Source: Meyerozyma guilliermondii
Lineage: Eukaryota
DNA: 64,000 nt
Assembly (NCBI GenBank): GCA_051546255.1
Contig: CP128815.1
Location: forward strand, 1,426,001-1,490,000
Direction: 5' to 3'
Made by a program: the position numbers and the translations under genes
Shown: positions 55,034 to 64,000 of the stretch, piece after piece
Position numbering within the stretch: the first letter of the stretch is position 1
How the letters are laid out: each line of letters begins with the position of its first letter
Notes under the pieces: generated by a model
What the model was told of the DNA's origin: nothing
Seen by the model: only the letters and a program-made list of their open reading frames with translations
The model's database searches: none

Positions 55034-56788
55034 TTATGCACTTTGACTATTAACGGCTAATTCCATAATCAACCTGGTCGCAAGGTGCAAGAACGGATAT
55101 GCTGAAAAAGAGCACATCTCATCCACATCTTGCCGAGAAAGTCCATCATCTCCACTATCCTGTAGTCCACTCTCCCATCCGTCGAAACGAAAGTCAACTA
55201 GATAATTGTTTGGTTCCAACTGGAACAATTGAATTTGCATCTTCATCATATCTGGGATGACACTCGATGCTCCCTCAGATGGTGGGTACTTCCAGCGCAC
55301 TCGTATCGTCCATAATTCTTCTTCTGTAGGTTTCGCCCACTCGGCACCCAAATTCTTTAAAGCCCTATAAATCTCCCCCATAACGTCAAGGGGATATGAA
55401 CGAGACCGAATTCCAAAATGCCATCTAGTTTTCAGTTTCTTATTCGAGACGGGAGCTATTTTTGCATCGGGATTAGTCTTGTCCATCATGAAAGCACGAT
55501 GCATGGATGGAAGCGACGAGGGTAGAATTGCGATCGTCGAGTTGGGAAGCGTTGAAAGATCTGGAACAGTTGCAAGCGTCTGGTAAGTGAGCGACAGTTG
55601 TACTCCCGGAGCACGGTGCGTGGCCGAGTTCAACATAGCCTTAGGTGGACTCAGAGACAAAAAGTTGTCCATTTGATCACCCTTTGTTTTCTTAATATCT
55701 TTTACCAATGAGTGATTTTCCTTCATCAAAAGATAGGCATCAAGAATCTCTGAGCTAGGTTGTGTACCAGACTCGTTTGCTCTTTGAATTACTGATAATA
55801 TTTCATCGCGATCGTAACCCATGGTTGCAGATAACGCTGCTACAACGTCATCATTAACATCAATCTTAGCGTGCAGAACATCTGGTGGTAAAATGTAAGC
55901 CTCCACATCGTGACGGAACCAAGGGTCCTCCATTATCTGATGGATTGTAATACGATTTAATGGATTGACAACAAGCATTCTTGTCAACAAGTGTTTTGCT
56001 CCAGGGGAGAGGTAATTAGGAAGGGTGTAAACACCGTTGGAAATTTTTTTGAAAAGCGCCGGGATAAACTCGTCATCGAATGGGAGTCTACCACATAACA
56101 TCACGTACAATATGACTCCAGACGACCAGACATCGACTTCTGGACCAGCGTATAATTTACCGGAAATAACCTCAGGTGCCGCATAGTTGGGAGAACCGCA
56201 CGAAGTTTTTAAGAAATTTCCGTCAGTCATGATGTTTGACAAGCCAAAGTCGGCAATCTTGACATTGAGTTGGTCATCTAACAAAAGATTTTCTGGCTTT
56301 AAATCACGATGAACAATCTTGTGTCTATGACAGTATTCCACTGCGGCGATAATCTGCTGGAAGAATCTCCTGGCTTCATTTTCAGGCATCTTTCCTCTCT
56401 GCACAATGTAGTCGAAAAGCTCTTTACCAGCATATTCTATAACCATGATAATTTCATCCTTCAGTTTGATCACGTCATATAATTTGATAATATGGGGGTG
56501 CCGTAACAAGCGCAAGTACAGAATTTCTCTTTCGATACGCCCCTGCATGTCTGATTTGGCTAAAGTTTTACGGTTTATGATCTTAAGTGCCACTTTTTGG
56601 CCGGTTCCCGAATGTTGCGCCAACTTGACTTTACCGAATGATCCTTCTCCGAGGGTCTTGAGTACTTCATATCTACCAATACGATTGACGCCTTCTTTGG
56701 GTTTACTTTCGTGTTTGTGATGATGCAGGTGGTGGTGATGTTGATGGTGGTGGCCCTCAGGCTGGCTAGCTGAGTCAACCTCCGACAT
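55034..56788 (-). CDS. SNF1: AMPK catalytic subunit Snf1
   Basis: His-rich N-terminus, kinase domain DGNFLKTSCGSPNYAAPE, RWHFGIRSRS, FLHLATRLIMELA. Confidence 0.98.
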   Translation of the reverse strand: MSEVDSASQPEGHHHQHHHHLHHHKHESKPKEGVNRIGRYEVLKTLGEGSFGKVKLAQHSGTGQKVALKIINRKTLAKSDMQGRIEREILYLRLLRHPHIIKLYDVIKLKDEIIMVIEYAGKELFDYIVQRGKMPENEARRFFQQIIAAVEYCHRHKIVHRDLKPENLLLDDQLNVKIADFGLSNIMTDGNFLKTSCGSPNYAAPEVISGKLYAGPEVDVWSSGVILYVMLCGRLPFDDEFIPALFKKISNGVYTLPNYLSPGAKHLLTRMLVVNPLNRITIHQIMEDPWFRHDVEAYILPPDVLHAKIDVNDDVVAALSATMGYDRDEILSVIQRANESGTQPSSEILDAYLLMKENHSLVKDIKKTKGDQMDNFLSLSPPKAMLNSATHRAPGVQLSLTYQTLATVPDLSTLPNSTIAILPSSLPSMHRAFMMDKTNPDAKIAPVSNKKLKTRWHFGIRSRSYPLDVMGEIYRALKNLGAEWAKPTEEELWTIRVRWKYPPSEGASSVIPDMMKMQIQLFQLEPNNYLVDFRFDGWESGLQDSGDDGLSRQDVDEMCSFSAYPFLHLATRLIMELAVNSQSA

Positions 56789-56888
56789 TATGCTGTTCTT
56801 TTAGGCGAGGTACTGAACAACTCGGGGTGAGAGGGCGACCACGGTGGGGACACGCCATGCCGCATCCATACACCCAATGATTCTTGAT

Positions 56889-57455
56889 CTACCAATGGTT
56901 CTGTCGCCGAAAATCCTTAAGCTCCAGACTAGTTCTATAGTGATTCTTCCGGGAACTGCCCAGATGTCTGTGGCTTCGGAAACTTTGTCTTGAACGTGTA
57001 GGACTTTTTTCGCGATTTCTTTCTCGGCTTTCCTGATTTCCCAGTTTTCTTTCCCGATTTCTATGTTTGTTATCTTCCTTGTTTTCTTGGTTTCCTTCCT
57101 GGCTTCCTTCCCTCTCTATGCTTCTATTGTAGTTGGTCTTCTTTTCATCATTAGGGTTTGTCGCCGATTTTGTGTCACTTTCAAAGACATCCTTCTCCTT
57201 GTCCAATCCGGTCATTCTTTCCCAGAGCTGTTTGCAAAACTTACGGCCCTCCTTCGCTCCCAAAAATTCTGTCATTTGGCTATCAATATAGTCGATATCG
57301 GGAGAATCATCCTCGATTAGCTCAATTAAATAGTCGATGACAATGTCGTCATCTGGCAAAAGTCGCTGAAGTTCATTATTGATCCACTTCTTGACTGCCC
57401 GGAGATCAGTGCGATGAGGATCAGCCTTTTTGCTGTATATTTCCGGTCTCGCCAT
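56889..57455 (-). CDS. PWI-domain protein (SRm160/SRRM1-like) with a short R/S/E-rich tail
   Basis: KKWINNELQRLLPDDDIVIDY...MTEFLG...FCKQLW. Confidence 0.7.
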   Translation of the reverse strand: MARPEIYSKKADPHRTDLRAVKKWINNELQRLLPDDDIVIDYLIELIEDDSPDIDYIDSQMTEFLGAKEGRKFCKQLWERMTGLDKEKDVFESDTKSATNPNDEKKTNYNRSIEREGSQEGNQENKEDNKHRNRERKLGNQESRERNREKSPTRSRQSFRSHRHLGSSRKNHYRTSLELKDFRRQNHW

Positions 57456-57604
57456 AGAAATGCTTTGCCTCTAAGTAGTTTCGAAATCTGGTTGCATTCG
57501 CAGAATGTGCGGCTTCTTATAGTGCGCTCGTCTTTGCGGGTGTTAGGGCGGGGTCACTAGTCAGGTTTTGCAACCACTTTTGAATTACAAAAGGAGGGTT
57601 CAAC

Positions 57605-58291
57605 ATGTTTTCAATTGACTCGCTTTTGTTACTGAAACTAGGTCCTTTTCCGGATATGGCTCATTCCATGTATGAAACCAAGAGAAATATCTGGTCATGT
57701 CATTTTCGAAGCGAATACCCGTCACAAAGATTGACAGAGAACCTGTCACAAATTTCACAAAAAACACCAAAATTGCCAAAGTCACAAAAGCATGAAAAAG
57801 TCGAACCGAAAAGTGTTTCTGGTTTGAGTTTAGACAGAATCCCTCCAAATTCTCGATTTTTCATCATCAAGTCGTTTACCGAAAAAGACGTTGCCTCGTC
57901 GGTAGAACATGGAGTTTGGACATCCACGGATTTGGGTAACAAACGGCTTGATAAAGCGTACAAGACAACCTCCGAAGACGGTGGGAAAGTCTATTTGTTT
58001 TTTCTGGTCAATGGTTCTGGAAGATTTTGTGGAATTGCCGAAATGACAGCTGCTGTAAACTTCAAATCCAAATTAAATATTTGGAATGAAACTTCGAGGT
58101 GGAGCGGAGTCTTTCCTATTACATGGGTGTCTACAGACTCTTTGCCTAACAGACACTTTGTGCAGCTAAGGAATCCTTTAAACGAGAATAAACCGATAAC
58201 TTATTCGAGAGACACCCAAGAAGTGCCATTCAATATTGCGTTCAAGTTTATTGCGATTTACGCAAAGTGTGACATTTACAAACGGAAGTAG
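57605..58291 (+). CDS. YTH-domain m6A reader (Pho92/Mrb1-like)
   Basis: RFFIIKS, GVWTST..GNKRLDKAY, FFSVNGSGRFCGIAEM (CTG read as Ser), NENKPITYSRDTQEV. Confidence 0.85.
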   Translation: MFSIDSLLLLKLGPFPDMAHSMYETKRNIWSCHFRSEYPSQRLTENLSQISQKTPKLPKSQKHEKVEPKSVSGLSLDRIPPNSRFFIIKSFTEKDVASSVEHGVWTSTDLGNKRLDKAYKTTSEDGGKVYLFFLVNGSGRFCGIAEMTAAVNFKSKLNIWNETSRWSGVFPITWVSTDSLPNRHFVQLRNPLNENKPITYSRDTQEVPFNIAFKFIAIYAKCDIYKRK

Positions 58292-58417
58292 TAGTCCCTT
58301 CTTTGACTTGAAACTGGTCACTACAGTGTCCGTTGCCCGCTTAACGTACCACGCTCCTGCATGGCACCCGCATGGCACCTGATGATTTATCATGAGATTC
58401 TCATCCATTCACAGGCA

Positions 58418-59152
58418 ATGGATAAGTTGCTCCTTCGGCGTGGCTTTGCCTCGTCTTCTCGTTCACTTCATAAAACCGTAGACAAGAAAGCTGCCGCTGC
58501 TAAAAAGTATCATGGCGATAACGTCAAATATGGCTCTCTTTCTAGAGCCCAGAGAGCATTCCTCGACCGAGTGGTACGAGTCGATCAGGCTGGCGAGCTT
58601 GGAGCAGATTACATCTACTTTGGCCAGTACACCGTGCTAGCAAGCAAGTATCCACACTTGAAGCCGGTCCTACAACATATGTGGGATCAGGAAATCCACC
58701 ACCATAACACATTCAACAAGTTGCAAACCGAACGCCGAGTGCGCCCCTCATTACTTACTCCACTCTGGAAAGCCGGAGCTTTTGGCATAGGTGTATCTAC
58801 CGCACTCATAGGTAAAGAAGCTGCAATGGCGTGCACTGTGGCTGTTGAAACGGTAATTGGAGGACATTACAACCAACAATTACGAGTTTTGATGAACCAG
58901 TTTAATGATGTACCCGTCTATGACAAGGAAACGGGAGAAAAGCTTAAGGAGGCAGACTTGCCGCGAGATGTAGCGACTTCGTCTGAATTAAGAGAACTTA
59001 AAAGCTTGATTAGCCAGTTTAGAGACGACGAACTTGAGCATTTGGACACGGCCATTGAACATGATGCCGAAAAGGCTGTTCCGTACCTTTTGTTGACCGA
59101 GGTGATCAAATTGGTTTGCAGAGGAGCCATCTGGACCGCCGAAAGGGTATAA
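58418..59152 (+). CDS. CAT5: Demethoxyubiquinone hydroxylase Coq7
   Basis: RVDQAGELGA, HMWDQEIHH, AMACTVAVETVIGGHYN, FRDDELEHLD; ATG at 58418. Confidence 0.95.
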   Translation: MDKLLLRRGFASSSRSLHKTVDKKAAAAKKYHGDNVKYGSLSRAQRAFLDRVVRVDQAGELGADYIYFGQYTVLASKYPHLKPVLQHMWDQEIHHHNTFNKLQTERRVRPSLLTPLWKAGAFGIGVSTALIGKEAAMACTVAVETVIGGHYNQQLRVLMNQFNDVPVYDKETGEKLKEADLPRDVATSSELRELKSLISQFRDDELEHLDTAIEHDAEKAVPYLLLTEVIKLVCRGAIWTAERV

Positions 59153-59437
59153 ATCTGCCATGGTCGTGGAGGGTTTACATCCGCACTGTTCCAAATGTAT
59201 AAAAAGTAAGGAATGGTTACTTAAGTTGCTGGACCTAAGTGCGAGACCAAAGTGCTAGACCAAGGTTGCTACATGTAAGCGCTAGACTCGATCTCAGTTG
59301 CCTGGTGTCCTCAAACACACATCTGCTCATCTTACTATCTCTATCACGTCCTACATAATTGCAGCCGCGGGTTCGATTCGCGCACAAAATAAACAAAGTA
59401 TCACCTCGCATAATACCCACGTCCCAATCTCACATCA

Positions 59438-60895
59438 ATGTCACGACCAAGCTCCATATATAGGGGAGGGACGTTCCAGGCCAGACGTAGCCTTTACCTA
59501 GCACCGCATGATCCCTTCAACTTGCTTGATTTTCGTGAAATATCCATTTGCTTGCAGAGTTGTGATTTCACTGCGAGTGAGGAATTGGTTTCTCGGCCCA
59601 CAAGCCAATATATAAGGACACTTCTCGAGCAGATATTGGATACTTTCATGTGTATCTCGTCGGAAAATATCCAGAAAGGAGTCAAAAATGTAATAAGAGA
59701 AGATAGAGCTGCAAATAAGTCTCCAGCGAATGGTTCCACTCAAGAAGAAGATGACGAAAACAACGATCCCGATGACGCTGCCAGTACTTTGGCACTAATA
59801 CTGCTTCACAGAGGAGCCACGGAGTTTCTCCATACTTGTGGGATCAATGACTTTACTTTGATGGACATAATGAGACCTGAGCCTCAACGAATTCGACGGA
59901 TTCTAAGTGCCATAGTCAACTATGCTCGATTTCGGGAAGAAAACTCGGTGGAGTGTGAGAAATTGGTGAGCCTTAGTGAGCTGAATCTTGAAAAAATACG
60001 GGCGGCGAAGGCTGAGAATAATAGACTTCAAAACGAGATATCTACAGTGGAGCAAAAACTCGCTCTGGGCGCCGAAACTCAGGCCAAGAAGGCGAGCTTA
60101 AAACAGATCAATGCGTATAATTCCAAGTTGGAGGAGGAGTTGAAAAAACTCAAAAGATTGCAAGAGGAACTCACTCTAAGCTATAATCAATACCGCGATG
60201 AGAAGGGACGATTAATCGAGAAACTTGAAGATCAACATTATCTCATATTGGAAGCCAAAAAGGATATCGACAAGCTCAAATCTTACATGCACACAGACTT
60301 TGATATTCTCAACAAAGTCATTGAAGATCTCCGCTCAAACCTTAATGAATACCAGCAAGCCGCCTCCAGCCAAGAACAACGAAACCGCAACATTAATATC
60401 AGCATTGAAGCGTTCCAGATAATCGAACAAAACATTAAGAATCTTTTTAAAATACTTGAAGAGGTGAGCAATGATCTTGCTCGTCAAAACAGAATTGCAG
60501 AAGAACTAAACAAACATCAAGATATGCTTGAAGAGAAGAAACAAGAGTCTCACGAGTATGGCAGGCAGATTCTGGCCTTACAGCGAAAAATTAACGTTAA
60601 CGAGGAAAAGACCCAAAAATTGCGGGAGGGATTCAACCGAGAAACCGAACGCCAACAACAAGAAACGGCTACGCTTCGCCAAGAATATGAAAAACTCTCG
60701 CAAGATCGAGCTACAAAAGAAGAAGAATTGGAACGTACGCGCAAGGAAATCAATCGGTATGAACACATGATCAACTCTGAGAAGAACGAGTTCAACATTG
60801 AGTATAAAAATGCAGAGGCGGCTGTGAGTCGATTGAATGCCCATGTCAATCTCTACATCTCAGAAATGTCTAAGAAACTCGAACCAAAAAGTTAG
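59438..60895 (+). CDS. NUF2: Ndc80 complex subunit Nuf2
   Basis: CH domain CGINDFTLMDIMRPEPQRIRRILSAIVNYARFREE, followed by a long coiled coil. Confidence 0.92.
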   Translation: MSRPSSIYRGGTFQARRSLYLAPHDPFNLLDFREISICLQSCDFTASEELVSRPTSQYIRTLLEQILDTFMCISSENIQKGVKNVIREDRAANKSPANGSTQEEDDENNDPDDAASTLALILLHRGATEFLHTCGINDFTLMDIMRPEPQRIRRILSAIVNYARFREENSVECEKLVSLSELNLEKIRAAKAENNRLQNEISTVEQKLALGAETQAKKASLKQINAYNSKLEEELKKLKRLQEELTLSYNQYRDEKGRLIEKLEDQHYLILEAKKDIDKLKSYMHTDFDILNKVIEDLRSNLNEYQQAASSQEQRNRNINISIEAFQIIEQNIKNLFKILEEVSNDLARQNRIAEELNKHQDMLEEKKQESHEYGRQILALQRKINVNEEKTQKLREGFNRETERQQQETATLRQEYEKLSQDRATKEEELERTRKEINRYEHMINSEKNEFNIEYKNAEAAVSRLNAHVNLYISEMSKKLEPKS

Positions 60896-61140
60896 TTAAA
60901 TGGGCTATTCGCAACAAGATGAGATTTAATTCTTTCTTTTGAAGGCTACTAAGACTCGTTCGAGGCGCTGCATAGAAAGGTCTTGAAGGCTTGATAAACT
61001 ATGGAAAAATGTTGATGAATGGACCTCTAAGTGCAATAAGCATCTTTGGTTGATACGTAATATGTTAATTATTTTAGTTTGATGCATTATAGTATAGTTT
61101 CATAATCATATCATTTTCGGCAGCATGAACTTCAATGTGG

Positions 61141-62898
61141 TCAAGCCTCAACATCCTTTTTTTTGGCTTCCTTTGTAGCTACCTCATCATCTTTTGGAAT
61201 GGTCTTATTAGTCGTAAATATTGCAGCGAGAAAACCAGCAAGGGCCATAGCCAAAGAAAAGTAAAATACATTTTTCAAGGCTTTCATGAACTGCTCGATT
61301 ACGAGGGACCGTGCAGCTGGTGATAATTTCTTGATAATTTCTGGAGTTGAAATTATTGCTCTGGATGGGATGTTCCGAATGGAGTCATATTGTGGATCGT
61401 TGGGCAATCTGTTTCTTAATTTTTCAATATAAGCACTTCCGGTCGTCTGAAAAATAAGTTGTGCTATGCTGATACCAAGAACTCCACCAGTGGACTTTAC
61501 AAAGTTCTGCAAAACGGTGACGGCGATCAAAGATCCCACGACCGTATTTGGTGCTTCCACCTGGCAAGCTAGCATAGTGGACTGGAACATAAATCCGATA
61601 GAAACACCAACGGGTATGAGAAGTCCAATTCTATTTGCAACCGAAGAGTTTTTGTCCAATACCAAGAGTAGACCACAACCTATAGGGCCCAACACTGCTG
61701 ATACCATCATGGTGACTTTGATGTAGTGCGTAAATCTCATAAACATACCATTAAAAACTGACGAGAGTGCCACTGATATGACCAATGGAAGAAGATCGAT
61801 ACCAGACTTCCAAGCAGAAGCCCCAAAAACCACCTGAAAGTAGACTGCTAGGTAGGTGATAATTGCCATGAAGAAACCAAAGTTGAATCCAGCCATGAGA
61901 ACCGCAGCGTCTATCTGAGGAATCACCACAAGCTCTCTGAGAATTATGGGATTTTTAGAAAACCAGAAATTCCAGTAGATGAATGCAAAAGTCAAGAGTC
62001 CACCCAATATAAAGCAGGAGATCACCGCTCCTGATTTCCAGGGAAACTCAATGCCCCCAAAGGTGATGGCCAAGAGAATTAACACCAATCCGCTGCAAAG
62101 AAGAAAGGTTCCAACGTAGTCTATAAGAGCCAACTTGGCTTTGAAATTTGACAGTGGTCTTGGGGGATGGAATCCAAGCATAAGCATCACTGCCGCAGCA
62201 CCACCAATGGGAAGATTCACATAGAAGCACCATCTCCAAGAAACATGGGTTGCAAATGCTCCTCCGACAAATGGACCCACTACGCTTGCGACTGAGAAGG
62301 TGACACCAATAAGTGCAAAAACCATGGAACGTTTGGAAATGGGAATGACTTCTGTCATTATCACCACAACCATGGCCTGAATTGCACCTCCTCCAATTCC
62401 CTGGATGACTCGTCCACCTATTAACATGTTCATATTTTGTGCAAGTGCAGAGATCAACGATCCAATTTCAAACACCAAGATTCCCGCCATCATAGTTTGT
62501 TTTCTTCCGAATGCAACAGATATCTTCCCGTAGGATGCAGCTAGACATGATGTGGGTAACAAGTACCCTGAGGTTAACCAACCAATTTTTTCGAAGGCTC
62601 CAAATTTGTCACCAACTTGAGTGAGGATGGTAGTAATAATCGTCTGGTCCAATGCAACAATAAACAAAGTTATGACACAACTGAGAAGCGTCAAGAGAAG
62701 TTTTATACCCGTCAAATGGTGTTCTACCGCCTGGGTTCCATCTCCCGCATTACTTTCGTAGTATTTTTGGCGTTCTGGTTCGGAAAGATTTTTGAGATGA
62801 TCCGGATTTGATCCGTCTGAATTTCGGTCGTTCATTTTTTGTTCATCTGTGCCCATCAGCAGTCCCTCAGAGAGAAATTTTTCCTTCGGCGACTCCAT
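61141..62898 (-). CDS. 14-TM DHA2 MFS drug:H+ antiporter (Sge1/Azr1/Vba-like)
   Basis: ALDQTI, GWLTSGYLL, YGKIS..FGRK, GRVIQGIGGG, SWRWCFYVNLPIGG; likely ATG at 62898. Confidence 0.88.
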   Translation of the reverse strand: MESPKEKFLSEGLLMGTDEQKMNDRNSDGSNPDHLKNLSEPERQKYYESNAGDGTQAVEHHLTGIKLLLTLLSCVITLFIVALDQTIITTILTQVGDKFGAFEKIGWLTSGYLLPTSCLAASYGKISVAFGRKQTMMAGILVFEIGSLISALAQNMNMLIGGRVIQGIGGGAIQAMVVVIMTEVIPISKRSMVFALIGVTFSVASVVGPFVGGAFATHVSWRWCFYVNLPIGGAAAVMLMLGFHPPRPLSNFKAKLALIDYVGTFLLCSGLVLILLAITFGGIEFPWKSGAVISCFILGGLLTFAFIYWNFWFSKNPIILRELVVIPQIDAAVLMAGFNFGFFMAIITYLAVYFQVVFGASAWKSGIDLLPLVISVALSSVFNGMFMRFTHYIKVTMMVSAVLGPIGCGLLLVLDKNSSVANRIGLLIPVGVSIGFMFQSTMLACQVEAPNTVVGSLIAVTVLQNFVKSTGGVLGISIAQLIFQTTGSAYIEKLRNRLPNDPQYDSIRNIPSRAIISTPEIIKKLSPAARSLVIEQFMKALKNVFYFSLAMALAGFLAAIFTTNKTIPKDDEVATKEAKKKDVEA

Positions 62899-63117
62899 CT
62901 TGCTCCAATTTGAAAAAAAAGAACTGAAACAAATGAGGCAAAAGAAGTAGCGCAAGTCATCAAAGCCGTATTCGGATGCGGCTGAAACCGTATGCACGTT
63001 TGACGTAAGCTGGGGTAAAAGCCAAGAACCGAAAAATGGGCCAATTTAGGGTGATTGCAAATTTAAAAAGTGTTGTTTTTATATATGTTACATGAGCTAG
63101 TAGGAATTGAAAATGCA

Positions 63118-64000
63118 CTAGTGACTCAAAAATTCCATAAAGTCCATTTCTTTTTCTTCTTTGGTTGCAGAAGATGTGCTTGTCCTTAAGGGTCTGCCGT
63201 ACTTGTAATTGGGCTTGAGTCCTGAATTATCTTGGCTTCCTAGTTCTTGATTCTCGTCAATTATGGGCTCGTTGGGGTCGACGGTACTCATTTGACGCGA
63301 TCGGTGTGACCTGTCAGAAGATATCAAGCTTCCCCGTCGATGATATCCATTGTAACTGGCAGGTATACCAACAGAATTTGACCCTTGGGAGTTTCTCCTA
63401 TTAAAATCAAGAGTGAATTTCTCGAGGCTGGCGGTGTAGGGCAGAATTGTATTTTCGCCCGATTCGTCAAGTAAAATATTGGAGAAATCATGACCGTCCA
63501 ATGGAGCTATTGGAGCGGACGATTTGACTATTTGCGCTGAACGCAGGTTATGTATGGAAGGACGCCGGAACCGGGCGTGAAGATAATGTTCCTGGAGTTT
63601 GGACATGTTTTCTGGCGTTGGTAATGTGAAAAATGGAAGGTGGAGCCGGGCCAAAATTCTGCGCCAACGAGGGTATGTGCTGTAATCGATCATACCGGCG
63701 CAGAGTGATTGTGATGTGAGCTTTGCACTGGTAGCCATTGAGCTCGAACTGTGGGTCAGGAAGACAGTTTGGTTCATATTCTGAACATACTCTTTTTCAA
63801 AGTTTCTCAAAATGGTATATTTCCATGGCTGCTCTCGATAGAAGAAAACCAAAGTATCCACAAACCCGTTGAGTGGTTGGAAGAATGCTCCCATACAATT
63901 GAGCCAGTAGATGGGGTGGTGGTGGAATTCATAGTTGACTTGGGTGGTTTGGAGAATGAATGGAAAAAGCCAAAGAGCCAAGTATGCAAAAGGGTATATG
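63118..64000 (-). CDS. GPR1: Glucose-sensing GPCR Gpr1/Git3, 3' part only (gene runs off the window)
   Basis: YPFAYLALWLFP (TM6), FFQPLNGFVDTLVFFYREQPW (TM7), terminal MDFMEFL. Confidence 0.85.
   Translation of the reverse strand, partial: IYPFAYLALWLFPFILQTTQVNYEFHHHPIYWLNCMGAFFQPLNGFVDTLVFFYREQPWKYTILRNFEKEYVQNMNQTVFLTHSSSSMATSAKLTSQSLCAGMIDYSTYPRWRRILARLHLPFFTLPTPENMSKLQEHYLHARFRRPSIHNLRSAQIVKSSAPIAPLDGHDFSNILLDESGENTILPYTASLEKFTLDFNRRNSQGSNSVGIPASYNGYHRRGSLISSDRSHRSRQMSTVDPNEPIIDENQELGSQDNSGLKPNYKYGRPLRTSTSSATKEEKEMDFMEFLSH

Noticed and set aside
56440..56530. Apparent Ser-to-Leu substitutions at invariant Snf1 positions
   Set aside because: These are CTG codons read as Ser in this clade, not mutations

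Overview
Eukaryotic, gene-dense chromosomal DNA from a budding yeast of the CUG-Ser (CTG) clade. CTG codons fall at invariant Ser positions in Snf1, Hem1 and a YTH domain; the small introns and gene content suggest a Meyerozyma/Debaryomyces-like species (inference). About 40 protein genes are present, mostly housekeeping: DUS2, MTW1, GIP4, RPA43, MRS2, VMA4, CRC1, SPC98, HEM1, RPL22, BIO2, IVY1, an RNase III/Dicer-type gene, MRPL11, TRM8, RTN1, PEP5, IES1, GNA1, EMC1, SNM1, PEX29, HST3, SNF1, COQ7, NUF2 and a partial GPR1. There are three tRNA genes and nine spliceosomal introns that I reconstructed by hand. Highlights: (1) a tRNA-bounded three-gene cluster (amidase / DUR3-type Na+:solute symporter / Zn2Cys6 regulator) whose divergent promoter holds a 7-bp-periodic CGG array, a 28-bp direct repeat and GATAAG sites, a candidate undescribed nitrogen-scavenging regulon; (2) a 69-aa SmG gene missed by the ORF track, split by four 43-48 nt phase-0 introns, the last of which is in-frame and stop-free; (3) a structured RPL22 intron; (4) BIO2 and IVY1 stop codons overlapping in a CTAG palindrome; (5) small orphan ORFs with signal-peptide-like N-termini next to tRNA-Ile. 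No database searches were run; family calls come from motif recognition.
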